A stretch of 64,000 nt of DNA from Chiloscyllium plagiosum (lineage: Eukaryota), in NCBI RefSeq assembly GCF_004010195.1, contig NC_057718.1, forward strand, positions 10,716,460 through 10,780,459, written 5' to 3'. The notes beneath the pieces were generated by a model. The model had not been told where the DNA came from. It did not search any database and worked only from the letters and a program-made list of their open reading frames with translations. The position numbers were made by a program, and so were the translations under genes. Positions within the stretch are counted from its first letter, which is position 1. Each line of letters opens with the position of its first letter. This document shows positions 63,296 to 64,000 of the stretch, piece after piece.

Positions 63296-64000
63296 CATAA
63301 GTATTATGCGGGGGATTATAAGAGAAAGCACAGTCCTGGATTGAATTTTGATCATTCCTGCCCGCTGGCCAATTTTGAAATCCCATTCTGAGTGCCATGT
63401 TGTTCAAATAAGGGCTGGTGCCAGTGAGGATCTTGGTCTGTAAAATGAGAAATAAGTAACAAAAATGGAGATTTTTGGATGCCCTAAAGTTTAGAGTTAA
63501 TGACTATTTAAAACATAATTTGTTAGTTCCTGCTAACGTTACGTGCAGAATATGAGGCTTTATCTGTTGCCTTTATGTTATTATTGGTGGCATACTCCAT
63601 AGAACCTGATTTTTTTTATATGCGAGGTAAAATAGAAGTCCATCCCAAAATATCATTCAACAGTCTACACTGCAATTCAGAGCATGGCATGATTTCAAAA
63701 GATTGCCATCGGCAGAATTCAATAGTTTGAAAACAAAACATATGTCTTGTTAAAGAGACCAAATCAGACTTTTTCACTGACAAAGCTTTAACTGTGATAT
63801 TACTCATGACTGTCATCAGTTGGGCCTTCAGTTACAAATTTCCTATTCCTTGTCTTAATCTCAGGAAAGAATAATTGTACACACTGCCCTTTGTGAGTGT
63901 GGAATCATAAATCGCTTTTGCCGGGTATTTGTTGTAAATTAGGGAAGAAAAGCAAGGTGCTGTAAATTGATCAATAGCCAAGCTGCTTTAGTGGTGTTGG

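Noticed and set aside
51307..64000. Kinesin exon 2
   Set aside because: No segment encoding the expected TKCVV.V-like motif with splice sites was found by eye; probably beyond the window.

Overview
Repeat-rich vertebrate genomic DNA, almost certainly from a cartilaginous fish (many HE1-type V-SINEs and their CR1/HER1-type partner LINE), with two assembly gaps. Two host genes are visible, both on the + strand and found by reading splice sites rather than from the ORF track. (1) The 3' half of a KRTCAP3-like (BCLP/TMEM54 family) membrane-protein gene has coding exons at 6861-7061, 10160-10294 and 11065-11154, plus a probable non-coding last exon from about 14519. (2) A CpG-island promoter (about 50560-51310) precedes the first coding exon of a kinesin-3 gene, most likely KIF13B (51252-51306), whose long first intron fills the rest of the window. 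Everything else is decayed transposable element: CR1 and Rex1/Babar LINEs, Penelope-like elements (PLEs) with RT and GIY-YIG remnants, HE1 and older SINEs. The most striking non-genic signal is a swarm of short PLE-derived elements from at least three sequence families. Each family carries a minimal type I hammerhead ribozyme fold, and several copies are head-to-head palindromic insertions with clean target-site duplications. Other candidates are an in-frame upstream exon extending the kinesin N-terminus, a 30-bp-period ETS array in the promoter, a TSD-flanked 529-bp insert splitting a SINE, and an old nested inverted repeat in the kinesin intron. All family names are by recognition, not database search, and TE boundaries are approximate.
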